Virus record (IMG/VR): IMGVR_UViG_3300037067_003221
Coordinates: 64,001-128,000 of that record
DNA length: 64,000 nucleotides
Source: a virus
Lineage: Duplodnaviria > Caudoviricetes
Strand: one strand, 5' to 3'
A model generated the notes under the pieces. That model was not told the origin of the DNA and made no database searches. It was given only the letters and a program-made list of their open reading frames with translations. The position numbers were made by a program, and so were the translations under genes. Shown in pieces: positions 17,721-27,862 of this stretch. Numbering within the stretch: position 1 is the stretch's first letter; each line of letters begins with the position of its first letter.

Positions 17721-19112
17721 TTAATTATTTGGATAAATATAGGTTTCATCGGGTGTAACAGTCCATCCCTCAACAGTGGCATACTTGCTTGTGTAAGGCG
17801 GAATTACAGTGGCACCCGCATTAAACGAGTGACGCAATTCACCCACCCGATAGTGGGACCACTCTCGCCGACGTTCCACGCCGCAATAGCTGCAAACATC
17901 TTGCAACAGCATCCGGTCACGGGCACCACGATTATGACCCCAACGAATCAACGCTTTGGCAACATGCCGTCTTTCCTCCCACAGTAGAAGGATAGCTTGA
18001 TGGGATTTACGCAACCGCGCCCATTTAATCCATTCCGGCTTGTTATAAAGGCCGGGGACATATTTTGCCTTAAACACTTCTAAGGAAGCATCGGCAAATC
18101 CACGGCGGCGACATTCGGTGGCAATCGCCATACCATAATGCACCAACGCTTGTTCGTAGCCAATCCACAACTGGACGGCTTTGTTAGAATCCAAATCCGG
18201 TTCATTTAAGCGTTTCAAAGTGCGTAGTGCCGCAACCCGCATTAACTTCAAATCGCGGTCATGGAAACACTTGGCACACTTCTCGAAATTCATATACGGC
18301 ACAAGCGTCAGGAAATGCCGACGTTTGGGGCGGGATGCCCGCCGTGCTGAACGTGTGGGTCTAGGACTTCGGGCCTGTGACTGTGCGTTTCCTGCTAATG
18401 CCGCCGACAACTCGGACGAAGTTTGCCGGATACCGCCAGAGTTTCCGCCATATAAACTCGCAAACGAACGAGTACGTTCAATATCGCGGCGTGAATAACC
18501 ACTCGACCGTGGCTCGTTGCTTTCAACAGGCGCAGGGACTCCCAATTGTTGATTGCAAAACTCTTCGGCAATTTGCCGAGAATGTCGCTGAATCACTTCA
18601 TCAGGAATAACTCGCTGTGCATCGGGCGTATAGTCAGCCGTGAAAGACATTTCATAAGCATGATAGTCACTCGCGTATCGATCAGAAACTTCGGGGCCGG
18701 GGTCAACCCTCGGCGTTGGCTCTGAACCGGGTAGTCTAAAACTAACAATTGGCGCAGGGTTTACAGGCCGCTGGCTACGGCCAAGCGACTGGAAGGTTTC
18801 TGCATAGCTGCTTGGCACTTCCCGTATCTCCTCCCGGTTAGCATTGTCGTGTTGCGCACGGATATAATCCAATGTAGCCGCACGAATACGGTCCTCTGTG
18901 TCAACAGATATGGGGATGATCCCCAAATAAAAATTAAACCCTGCTCTCTGTGCGGTTTGTTGGACAACCACATAGCCGTTACTGTCGCAGTAGCAACACT
19001 CGTAACGAATCCGTTCACAGGATTCCCATGTAGGGACAACGTCAAGACTTGGCCGACGTAAAAGGTCTCGGTTCATCACCGACCATTCAACTTGAAAATG
19101 ATAGTAACTCAT
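17721..19112 (-). CDS. Protein with low-complexity N-terminus and C-terminal pyrimidine-dimer glycosylase-like (MSMEG_6728/DenV-like) domain
   Basis: TLVPYMNFEKCAKCF..KAVQLWIGYEQALVHYGMAIATECRRRGFAD..PEWI..SHQAILL. Confidence 0.65.
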   Translation of the reverse strand: MSYYHFQVEWSVMNRDLLRRPSLDVVPTWESCERIRYECCYCDSNGYVVVQQTAQRAGFNFYLGIIPISVDTEDRIRAATLDYIRAQHDNANREEIREVPSSYAETFQSLGRSQRPVNPAPIVSFRLPGSEPTPRVDPGPEVSDRYASDYHAYEMSFTADYTPDAQRVIPDEVIQRHSRQIAEEFCNQQLGVPAPVESNEPRSSGYSRRDIERTRSFASLYGGNSGGIRQTSSELSAALAGNAQSQARSPRPTRSARRASRPKRRHFLTLVPYMNFEKCAKCFHDRDLKLMRVAALRTLKRLNEPDLDSNKAVQLWIGYEQALVHYGMAIATECRRRGFADASLEVFKAKYVPGLYNKPEWIKWARLRKSHQAILLLWEERRHVAKALIRWGHNRGARDRMLLQDVCSYCGVERRREWSHYRVGELRHSFNAGATVIPPYTSKYATVEGWTVTPDETYIYPNN

Positions 19113-19406
19113 AGTCTTACCCAGGAAAATAGGGGATATTTTGTATCCCTGTCAAAGGATTGCATCCTATCATACCCTTCACCAAAACGGTGACGTTGAA
19201 TAATGCAAAAGGTTTTTCGATTCCGGCTCATTAGCACTTCAACAGTTGTTATGTCTGTATTAGCATCTGTATGAACCGTTTCCACATATACTCTACCATC
19301 CCGCAACTCCAAAACTTTGAACTCATGTTCAAAGTCGATCAACCGACTGTAGTAAAATGTAATCTGTCGGCCTTCATTGGCGGCAATGGCTTTCAAGCCG
19401 AAAGAA

Positions 19407-19940
19407 TCAACTGTTTTCGTAGTAATCGATTCTTCGTTGTCTGCAATTGTCACAGTTGCATCCCTCTTGCGCGCCATTTACGGCCTCCAATCTGGAAAGA
19501 AATTCTTCAAGGCTTTCGCGGGCAGGCTGCAAATCCATGTTCTTAAACCGCTCAGGCACTTCGTAACCAATCAAGTGTGCCCCATGTGCGGCCAGCAATT
19601 GATGCACCCATTCCTCTTCGATGGTATGAACCTCTCCACAAGCACAGCGGCCAATAAGCGTGTCGCAGTTACCGTGGTTGCGTATCTTCGTCCAATATTT
19701 TGGCATTGCGATACGGCCATTCTCTTCGGGGGCTAGTGCCAATTGGTCAATAGTTGCGCTGTGGGTGCGAAGAAGTCGCTGAACCCACCCATCATTTTCT
19801 TGATGGACACCCCCACATGAGCAGGGTCCAACCAGCATGTCACATTTCGTGCGATACCGGGCCGACCCATCGATAATACGTTTCGGAAAGGCTTTGGGAT
19901 ATTTAACAAAGCCGCTGGATGCTCGTCGTTTTAGTTGCAT
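19407..19940 (-). CDS. Protein with duplicated CDxLxGxCxCGxVH motif
   Basis: CDMLVGPCSCGGVH..WVQRLLRTHSA and CDTLIGRCACGEVH..WVHQLLAAHGA; GAGG RBS. Confidence 0.75.
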   Translation of the reverse strand: MQLKRRASSGFVKYPKAFPKRIIDGSARYRTKCDMLVGPCSCGGVHQENDGWVQRLLRTHSATIDQLALAPEENGRIAMPKYWTKIRNHGNCDTLIGRCACGEVHTIEEEWVHQLLAAHGAHLIGYEVPERFKNMDLQPARESLEEFLSRLEAVNGAQEGCNCDNCRQRRIDYYENS

Positions 19941-19959
19941 AGTTTTGTTCCTCTACACA

Positions 19960-19987
19960 ATCATAGCATACTTTTAGAGGTTGTCAA
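19960..19987 (-). promoter_or_regulatory. sigma70-type promoter
   Basis: RC TTGACA-16nt-TATGAT. Confidence 0.75.
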
Positions 19988-20491
19988 ATGAAAATCAAGA
20001 TTTTTTCAAAATAGGGCCAACTTCGTAGTAACTCCCTTTAGTTTTGGTAATACCGTCAAGGGGTAAAACATCCCCTTCTTTACGCACACACTTAAAGGGA
20101 GTATTCTTTAAGCCGCATCGGCAGCGTAACCCGCCATAAATATGGGTTGCCATTCTCATAAAGTTCGACAATGGTGCCCCGACGGCATTGCTGAATTGTT
20201 CCCACAAAGTCATTTGTAGCGGATTGTCCAGTTGTGGACACAGCATTTCTAGCAGTGCTGCCATTTCCATGCCAGTCAACTCGACAGTATATTTGCCGTT
20301 ACCAAACGCATTGCCATACACTTCCAAAACCAGCACCTTGCCGCCCTCTTCACGGGTGTCTCGGAAAGTGGAGGATTGGAACTTACCGTCTTGACAACTA
20401 TGGTCTAAGACGTAAAACAATTCGGGCTGTTTATCCTTGTCAATTCGGATGACAGTCTTTTCATCGATACGAGTGTCGTGCGACTTGATAA

Positions 20492-20821
20492 TCATTTTGT
20501 AACCCTCGGACGGAGTACCACAACCCGGTCGCCGGAGCGCAATTCAACTCGCTTACCATAACCCAGGCTTACACACCAAACACTGTTAAAGTGCCGTTTG
20601 GCGGGGTCAAGGTCAGTCTTAAACTTGAGCGGAACCCATGACTGAATCAAGTTCGGCACACCTTTATCGAGGCCGTCTTTGTGTGGTTGAAATTCGCCAA
20701 GCATCTTGTAGCCGTGGAATACAGTCGGGGTCTTGCCCGTGACCCAGTTATATAGGTCAGTCAGCCCACGGCCCAGGATAGTGCAGGCAACGCCAAATAC
20801 AATTAAAAGGTAGATGTTCAT
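20492..20821 (-). CDS. hypothetical protein with N-terminal TM (probably leaderless)
   Basis: ATG 6 nt after TATAAT. Confidence 0.65.
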   Translation of the reverse strand: MNIYLLIVFGVACTILGRGLTDLYNWVTGKTPTVFHGYKMLGEFQPHKDGLDKGVPNLIQSWVPLKFKTDLDPAKRHFNSVWCVSLGYGKRVELRSGDRVVVLRPRVTK

Positions 20822-20827
20822 ACTTCA

Positions 20828-20855
20828 ATTATACCATAGTTTCTTAGGTTGTCAA
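20828..20855 (-). promoter_or_regulatory. sigma70-type promoter
   Basis: RC TTGACA-16nt(TATGG)-TATAAT. Confidence 0.85.
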
Positions 20856-20864
20856 ATGAAAATA

Positions 20865-20893
20865 GCCAGGAAACAGAAAATTCTGTTCCTGGC
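20865..20893 (-). terminator. Rho-independent terminator after the deoC-NDT genes
   Basis: GCCAGGA..ACAGAA/TTCTGT..TCCTGGC hairpin followed by a T-rich run on the minus strand. Confidence 0.7.
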
Positions 20894-20899
20894 CTAATG

Positions 20900-21463
20900 C
20901 TAACAATTGGTTAATCCGTATAATCCGGCATAATCGAAAAATCTCCAACGACCCATACAATCAATTTCTTTGTCAAAAGCGATATGACGCATATAAGCCG
21001 TAAGGTCGGACCAAGTTTCAAACATCAACTCAGGTGGTAGTTCACCCCTCACCCAATCGGGGACTGCCCACAACCCCTGCTCCATGTGGAACAAGATAGG
21101 TGCCTTTCGCCGGTTGAGGGTTGTTAGTTCCTCATGCGTTCCGGTCGAATAACAATTCATATCCAGATGCACGATAGCAAAGTCGCAAATATCACATAGA
21201 CGCAAATCAATGCAGCGAATCTCTCGCATATCGTGGGCCAGCGTTTCCCAGTCACCAATCTCTTTCAAGTGTTTACGCCGTGCATGATCTTCCAAGTCGG
21301 GGCATTCATAACCGGGGAACATCGGTTTGTGGCACGGGTCCAACGAGATAACGTGCAGCTTATCAAGTTCCTTCTTCATTTCTGTGCGCCACCCAACGCC
21401 AAAATCAACGGCGTAATCAATCGGCCCTGCCAGATAACAACGGTTGTAAAATAATCTATTCAT
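20900..21463 (-). CDS. Nucleoside 2-deoxyribosyltransferase-like / dNMP N-glycosidase
   Basis: YLAGPID..WR..LDP..IDLRLCDICD..STGTHEE. Confidence 0.8.
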   Translation of the reverse strand: MNRLFYNRCYLAGPIDYAVDFGVGWRTEMKKELDKLHVISLDPCHKPMFPGYECPDLEDHARRKHLKEIGDWETLAHDMREIRCIDLRLCDICDFAIVHLDMNCYSTGTHEELTTLNRRKAPILFHMEQGLWAVPDWVRGELPPELMFETWSDLTAYMRHIAFDKEIDCMGRWRFFDYAGLYGLTNC

Positions 21464-22130
21464 TGACGTAGTATCCTTTCAAAATGCTGATTAACCCATT
21501 GACCCCGACACCAATCCTAGAACATCCCGCCGTTATAAACGCTTCCAACTCTTCTTTTGTCTTTATCCCACCAGAGGCTTTGATGCCCGTGTTGGGGAAA
21601 GTCAACAATCCTTGTTTCATATTTTCAACATCTTCGAGACTTGCGCCCCGCGAACCGAAGCCTGTGGAAGTTTTTACAAAATTCCACCCAAGAAACCCGG
21701 CGTACCAACTGAGTTGCTGAATATCTTGTGGACTGAGATAACACGTTTCCAAAATCAACTTGATGATTTCAGTCTTAAAGGCCCGTCTAAATCGACGTAA
21801 TCCGTCAATACATTCATCGCGGTTATCTTGCCACTCTCGTTGATTCAAAACAACGTCCAATTCCTTTGCGCCCGATACGACTGCCAATTGGGCTTCTCCC
21901 TCTTTAGCTCGCCACGGGATATTTCCATGCGGAAACCCAATAACTGAACATAAACGGTCGTGGGGAAGGAACGGAAGTGATCGAACGGCATCTAAATTGC
22001 CACTAGCAACGCACAGGGATGCGCAGTCGTATTTTACGACTAGATCAATACCACGTTTCAAGTCGGTAGCGGTAGCGTTTGGGGCTAACACCGCTAAATC
22101 GATGAATTTCATTACATCATAAAGTTGCAT
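21456..22130 (-). CDS. deoC: Deoxyribose-phosphate aldolase
   Basis: VIGFPHG, GAKELDVV, KLILETCYL, FVKTSTGF, IKASGGIK, GCSRIG. Confidence 0.93.
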   Translation of the reverse strand: MQLYDVMKFIDLAVLAPNATATDLKRGIDLVVKYDCASLCVASGNLDAVRSLPFLPHDRLCSVIGFPHGNIPWRAKEGEAQLAVVSGAKELDVVLNQREWQDNRDECIDGLRRFRRAFKTEIIKLILETCYLSPQDIQQLSWYAGFLGWNFVKTSTGFGSRGASLEDVENMKQGLLTFPNTGIKASGGIKTKEELEAFITAGCSRIGVGVNGLISILKGYYVNE

Positions 22131-23073
22131 GACATTACCTGTAAAAGAATGTATAGTTTCAAGCAGAGGTACATACAATAGGCACTGACCCCTACAAACG
22201 CTACCAACATCAACCCCTCAAGTTTTTCTTCCATTTTAATCCTGGCTGGGGCAAATAGGTAAATCCTCCCTACATTGCGACCCTGAAAATTCCCCAGGTT
22301 CAATTTTCCGACGAACCCGTTTCTTCCGCACTGGTAGCTGTTTTTCCCGGCAATCTTTCTCACATTCAGCAATTGCTTTGTTGAGAGTTTTGAATGGACG
22401 TTTGACAGTTGCAAACGTCCAGGTTTCTCCGTCCCACTTAAATGCAAAGAATCTTGGCGGAAGTTTTATGCCGAAGGCTTCACTTCGCCAGTAGATTCTA
22501 TACTGCTTATCCTTCGTCAGCCAATTCTTCACCTTCTTCGGGTCGTGCTTCCCAAACTTCACCGTGCGGGAAAACTTCAATTGTGGCTTCTGGGATATTC
22601 TTTTCTTCGATGCTTTTCTCACGTTCGATCTCAACTCGTTCGAGTAATTCACCGTTGCTGTCGAAATAGTATCCAACGTACCGATCAATTAGTCCTACAA
22701 GGACTCCGAAGTTTTCAGGCGTAACCTTAGTGATAAACGTGCCTGGATTCGGATAAATATTCAGGTTGCTTGGAAGTCGAACAAAATGTGCTTCTGTCAG
22801 TATCTTAATTGCATTCTGAAAGCCGGTTAATTTTACTTCTGGTTCGTCCATATTATCCCTTCATAATTACACAACGGTCTGGATGTTCCAGCTTTACTGT
22901 ACGCCCAGCGTCATTAGTTCCAAGCACATGAAATACGGGTTCTGCTGCTCTAATGGTTTCAATATGCGAAACGTGCATATAGCGCAACCACATTTCCGAG
23001 CCACGTCGCACAGGATAAGCGACCTTCATTCCCGGCATAATTTCCTGTCCAGAAAAGTCCAATGCTGGCATGA

Positions 23074-23883
23074 TTATTTCTCCTCAAATTGTTTTCTAAT
23101 GTCAAAAGGTGTCGCTATTCCAACTCCATGCTCACCCAGCCATCGGCCATTAGGCCAAAAATTACTGGTAGCTTTCTCCAAGCCCCATTCACGGGCAATA
23201 TTTTCACAGTATTGCCGATCAACGTCACTTGTGATACAATCCAAACCAAGCTGCTTGCACACTCGCAGGGTCGTGCCCGTGCCCGCAAACGGATCACAAA
23301 CAGTCTGCCCCGGAATGGCACTCATTCGTAGGCAGCGTTCCACCAACCCTTCATTAAGTTGTGTTGGGTGCCATGCCCTACGTTGCTTACTATTGCCCGT
23401 TACACGCGGGAAGTCAAATACGTCGCCAGGAACACGGCCTCTGGGGTCTCCTCTTGGGTCGCCGTGCTGCTGCCTCCAAGAGGGTATTCTAATGGCATCC
23501 GTGTACCAAGTCTCACCAACCCGATTTATACGTATAAGTGGCCGATGATTATTGCCAAGGTCATGCTGATTATGTTGTCCGAACGTGAAAATTTGAACAC
23601 AATTCTTTGCTTCCAAAGTTCGGTCTGAATCGAGTAAATTTGCTACAAGCCTACCAACTTGAAACGTGTGTTTCGCGTTGTAAGAAAACCACACTACGTT
23701 GCATTTTTGCACCATCAATTTGATGATCTGGTCCAACCAAAAGATGTAGTCGAATCCACGCAATTTATCGGAGTATGTTGCATACTTTAAGCCGATATTA
23801 TCGGGTGGGTCGGCAAAGCCTACTCGTACTTCCGAGAGGCTTTCCAACAATTCCATCGCATCTGTGCAGATTACTTGTAGCAT
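23074..23883 (-). CDS. DNA N4-C/N6-A methyltransferase (beta class)
   Basis: FADPPDN motif IV, HPTQ, DPFAGTGTT motif I. Confidence 0.9.
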   Translation of the reverse strand: MLQVICTDAMELLESLSEVRVGFADPPDNIGLKYATYSDKLRGFDYIFWLDQIIKLMVQKCNVVWFSYNAKHTFQVGRLVANLLDSDRTLEAKNCVQIFTFGQHNQHDLGNNHRPLIRINRVGETWYTDAIRIPSWRQQHGDPRGDPRGRVPGDVFDFPRVTGNSKQRRAWHPTQLNEGLVERCLRMSAIPGQTVCDPFAGTGTTLRVCKQLGLDCITSDVDRQYCENIAREWGLEKATSNFWPNGRWLGEHGVGIATPFDIRKQFEEK

Positions 23884-23902
23884 TATGCAAATCCTGTGCC
23901 AA

Positions 23903-25174
23903 TCAAAAACTGGATACGTCCGCAGCCAGGGCTGTTTCTGCATCATCTTTGTGTTTTAACAATACGCCTTGTAACTGGGCCATCGATATATTATTTTCCG
24001 CAGCTTTTGCTCCAAAAGCATCAGCAAGGAATGGATGGTTAGGAAAGAAGCGAAGGAATAAATCAGCCGCTTGTTTCTTATTTGCATTCCCTATCACAAC
24101 ATCCACGTCAACTCGTCCGGGGCGTGTTAATGCTGAATCTAATACGTCTCGGCAATTGGTCGTCATAAATAATATGCGGCCTTCACTTGCCATAACACCG
24201 TCAATCGCATTCAACAAGCCAGAGAACGTAATGTTGTCTCGGTCATCCGTTTTCTTGCGTTCTTTGAACACACAATCCACGTCCTCTACTAGCACGATGC
24301 TATGCAGTGGTACATTTGCCATAAGTTCTGACAAGCGTTCGTCAGTTAAACTTGTTGTACTTAAATTGAGTGTGCAAATATCCAAATGTAATTCCGAAGC
24401 TACAGCGGTTACTATAGACGTTTTACCATTGCCAGGAGGGCCTGACAATAAATATCCACGTCGATAGGGAATACCTCGATCATTATACCACGCTTCTGCT
24501 TCGATGAAATTTTTCACATCTTCCAACAGTCGGTCGCCAAGTCTGTCAGCAAGTAAAACTGACTCGAATGGCCGTGGTAGCCGCCGTGCAAGTTCAACCC
24601 ATTCATTATATTCAGGCCGTAAAATCTTAATACGGTTGCTGTCGATTGGGTTCGCTAAGTCTCTTGCTTCCGTAATTAAGTCAAGCGCGATCTGTCGATT
24701 GCGGCTGAATAATTTAATGGTAAAGGTTTCACGATACCCCAATGCTGTCGCTGAGGAGGCACCCACACTTTTACCGCCGCTGGCATTATCTTTCCGTTCT
24801 CTGTATAAGATCATTAACCGTTTCTTGTATAACAGAAAATGTATCCCAGGAGCGGGCGATAAAATAATCTTTGCAGTTTTAGGGCGGTGGCTATATGGCT
24901 CAGTATCATCGTCATCACGTTGACGTTTTGTACTTACTGTCCACCAGCGGCAGCGTTTTTTATATGGATGTTGGGATAGCCAATAGTTCATCCATTTGAA
25001 GGCTTCGTCGCGGTCAGGAATATCTATTTCCGTCACAATACGTCGCTTAAACCATCCATAGATAGCACCCGGCAACGATTTCAAATATACTAGCAGGCTT
25101 CCAGCTATGCCTAAAATTAAACCACCGGATAGGAAGGCATTAGACGTTAGCTGCGCCATTAAGGTATCCCACAT
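23903..25174 (-). CDS. Bcs1-like AAA+ ATPase
   Basis: N-terminal TM, LSPAPGIHF, WYNDRGIPYRRGYLLSGPPGNGKTS, LVEDVD, TFSGLLNAIDG, RPGRVD, SMAQLQG. Confidence 0.92.
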   Translation of the reverse strand: MWDTLMAQLTSNAFLSGGLILGIAGSLLVYLKSLPGAIYGWFKRRIVTEIDIPDRDEAFKWMNYWLSQHPYKKRCRWWTVSTKRQRDDDDTEPYSHRPKTAKIILSPAPGIHFLLYKKRLMILYRERKDNASGGKSVGASSATALGYRETFTIKLFSRNRQIALDLITEARDLANPIDSNRIKILRPEYNEWVELARRLPRPFESVLLADRLGDRLLEDVKNFIEAEAWYNDRGIPYRRGYLLSGPPGNGKTSIVTAVASELHLDICTLNLSTTSLTDERLSELMANVPLHSIVLVEDVDCVFKERKKTDDRDNITFSGLLNAIDGVMASEGRILFMTTNCRDVLDSALTRPGRVDVDVVIGNANKKQAADLFLRFFPNHPFLADAFGAKAAENNISMAQLQGVLLKHKDDAETALAADVSSF

Positions 25175-25739
25175 GCTTGAATCTCCTATTCCAGTATTTA
25201 GTCTGTCTTAATTTCCGTCTGAAAACGGGTTAAAGTAAACGTAATGGTCGGAAGCAACTCACCAACTTTCACGTTGTCAGGGTCTTTAACAAACCCCAAC
25301 GTAATGGCAGCTTGCTCAGACCCAGAGGCAATCAATGTTTGCTCCATCGCCTTAAAGATTTCAATAATCTTATTGTTTTCAAGAGTACAGATTGCCAACT
25401 TATCAGCTAGTTGTTCGTTCATGCTTTTGCCTTTTCAATCTTGACTTCGATTGGCAGCCGTTCATCGCGGCTAATGCCGAGGATGTTTTTAATAGCTTTA
25501 CGAGCATCTGACCGGCAGTGACCTTCTACTTGGCCCCCGACCTTTTCATTCAAACTCCAATTCCAAGTCGCTGGAATCTTAGGTCCAATTAAACCCTTCC
25601 CGCGAAGATATTTCTTCGCAAGGCGATCCCAAATAACACGACGTTCGGCTTTTGTTAGTGGTTTTCGTTTTTCTTGAAAAACTTCTGAATAGGAATGTCG
25701 ATCAACACGCCCCGCAACACTCTTTGGAGTTCCCATTAT

Positions 25740-26735
25740 TTACCTCTTAAACATTCGTTGTTCTCTGGTGATTGAAGTTATATACTGCGTCATAGGATCG
25801 TCAATCTGCATGTTGATTGCTTGTTGTTCAAGTAATCGGCAGCGTTCTTGACTTTCCTCAATTGGCAAGTCCGTGAAAATATGGTCATTGACAATCGCAG
25901 TCCAACATTCTTGGATTCGCCGAAGAAGATTCTCTTGATGTACTTTCGAGATTCTTGCCCGGTGGTTAGCAATACGGAGTAGTGGGTATGGATCATGTGG
26001 TTTAGCAACGATCTGATCGATACAAACCACGACGTTTTCATCCCCAACTTGTTCGCCAAGCATCCACGAATAAATCGCTAATTGGTCTGCCCAGTCCGAG
26101 TTCGATTCTTCGAGCCAGCCGGAGTGGATTTCGACCCCTTTCCAAATAATTGGGTTGTAGTTTTTGTGCGGGCCATTGCCGCCGCGAGTTGGTTTCGCCG
26201 TCTCAGCATCCCAGGAGTCTCGAATAAGCCGATAGTTTTTGCAAGGACTCGTAGGGCTTCTTGAGCAGTACCCATTGCACTTCCAGTCCAAGATAACGTG
26301 CGCCCCAGACGGGTGGACGAATCGTAAATCTGGTTTACCAAGCAACGGCACATTTTCAATCGTTCCGGTGATCTTAAATTCAAATTGGGGAGCATATTCA
26401 CTTTGTTTAAGCAAGGTAAGTAGGTCATCGTAGGCTCCACATTTTCGGTAACAATCGTACACGTACTTGCCGTGTTCCAACGCCCAGTCTCGGTTGTGTT
26501 CTTCAACTTGTTCCTCGAACAGAGTTGTGAACTCAAACCGTGGGTCTGTTTTCCCAAACAGCGTTTCAAACATTTCCGCCTTGACAAACGCATCGAAAGC
26601 TGACCCCAGGCTCATGTAATTGATTTGAGGAAGTTTAGGGGCACGTACTTCACTTAAATGTTGAAGATAATATTCCTCACGATTCGCCTCCCACAAACCT
26701 ATTTGTGATGGGCTGAGGTATTCTGGTTTACGCAT
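25740..26735 (-). CDS. PD-(D/E)XK Cas4/RecB-like nuclease
   Basis: YLSPSQ, GSAFD, E..GKPD..ILDWK, QLAIY. Confidence 0.8.
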   Translation of the reverse strand: MRKPEYLSPSQIGLWEANREEYYLQHLSEVRAPKLPQINYMSLGSAFDAFVKAEMFETLFGKTDPRFEFTTLFEEQVEEHNRDWALEHGKYVYDCYRKCGAYDDLLTLLKQSEYAPQFEFKITGTIENVPLLGKPDLRFVHPSGAHVILDWKCNGYCSRSPTSPCKNYRLIRDSWDAETAKPTRGGNGPHKNYNPIIWKGVEIHSGWLEESNSDWADQLAIYSWMLGEQVGDENVVVCIDQIVAKPHDPYPLLRIANHRARISKVHQENLLRRIQECWTAIVNDHIFTDLPIEESQERCRLLEQQAINMQIDDPMTQYITSITREQRMFKR

Positions 26736-27045
26736 TAGTTTTGTCCTCGCAACGTGGTTCGGGGCCGGGTGGAACAATCACAGGTTCCGGTGGAACAATC
26801 ACAGGTTCCGGTGGAACAATCACAGGTTCCGGTGGAACAATCATAGGTTCCGGTAGTGGTGGCACAGGATTATCTGGCACTACGATTACTGGATTATCTG
26901 GCACAAGAACCGGCACTGGTTTAAGTGCATAATACCATCCTGTACAGATAATACCGAGTATCAATCCGGGCATCAAGATCGTCCAAAATAACAAGTCCTC
27001 GGTGCATTTTCTATTACGCGGGTTCATAGTTAGTTCCTTAAACAA
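26728..27045 (-). CDS. Membrane-anchored Pro-rich protein
   Basis: TM segment followed by (VIVPPEP)n. Confidence 0.65.
   Translation of the reverse strand: MFKELTMNPRNRKCTEDLLFWTILMPGLILGIICTGWYYALKPVPVLVPDNPVIVVPDNPVPPLPEPMIVPPEPVIVPPEPVIVPPEPVIVPPGPEPRCEDKTNA
26768..26851. repeat. 21-bp tandem repeat x4
   Basis: GGTGGAACAATCACAGGTTCC; the fourth copy has one substitution. Confidence 0.95.
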
Positions 27046-27862
27046 AAGTGCATGATTTGCACGGTTCAGAAGTTCGTACCTTCATTTGTCTCATTGCTTT
27101 AGCTTGTGGACTATTGAACACATCTAAAATGTGGTCAGTAGTTACGTCCCCAAGTTGGTATTCACACAGCCCATCCATGCAACATAAGGCTACCTTACCG
27201 TCACAGCAGATCGAAAGTTCTTGCGTCCGTCGGCATGGCCCTATTTGAGCAGCAACAGATGGGGCATCAATATTATTGCACCACCTTCCGCGATACATCA
27301 ACGCTACAATAGCTGGCTCTGGAAACATTTTTCGCCCCCAGTCTGACCATTTTCTATCCTCTTCACTATAAGAGGCCACGCGACCAATTACAAGTTGATG
27401 CTTTATACCAGCCTCAATTAGTTGTCTGATATTTTTGAGTGTCTTATCAAAATCTAAACCAGTTTCATCTTTATAGAGGCGACTGGTTCGTTGGTTAAGC
27501 GAAATCCAGATGTGTGTCATACGTTTGATAGCCAACAAAGTCGGAATCAAGTCGTTTGGCATGTGATTCAAATTCGTATGAAGTTCAATCCATGCCTTGG
27601 GCACTTGTTCATCAATTTGCACCAGCCGTTGTGAAAACAATGGGTCAAGCATCGGCTCACCCAGTTTGAAAGGCGATATAATAAACGGTTGTGGAATCTC
27701 TCTCGCCTCTGTAAGAATCTTCGTGAATAGTTCCGGTGACATATCGCTAGTGCGTCTAGGCGACCTGTCATGGGGACAGAACCGGCACCTTGAATTGCAC
27801 CGGCCTGTCGTTTCAATGTGAATACTAGTCGGATATTCCTTCGTCGTCAAGCTCTCCATCAT
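27038..27862 (-). CDS. Radical SAM protein with SPASM/twitch domain
   Basis: IETTGRCNSRCRFCP, GEPMLD, C..DGKVALCCMD..LGD..PCKSC. Confidence 0.9.
   Translation of the reverse strand: MMESLTTKEYPTSIHIETTGRCNSRCRFCPHDRSPRRTSDMSPELFTKILTEAREIPQPFIISPFKLGEPMLDPLFSQRLVQIDEQVPKAWIELHTNLNHMPNDLIPTLLAIKRMTHIWISLNQRTSRLYKDETGLDFDKTLKNIRQLIEAGIKHQLVIGRVASYSEEDRKWSDWGRKMFPEPAIVALMYRGRWCNNIDAPSVAAQIGPCRRTQELSICCDGKVALCCMDGLCEYQLGDVTTDHILDVFNSPQAKAMRQMKVRTSEPCKSCTFV

Noticed and set aside
26768-26851. CRISPR-like array
   Set aside because: No spacers; it is an in-frame coding repeat. The adjacent Cas4-like nuclease is a standalone phage type
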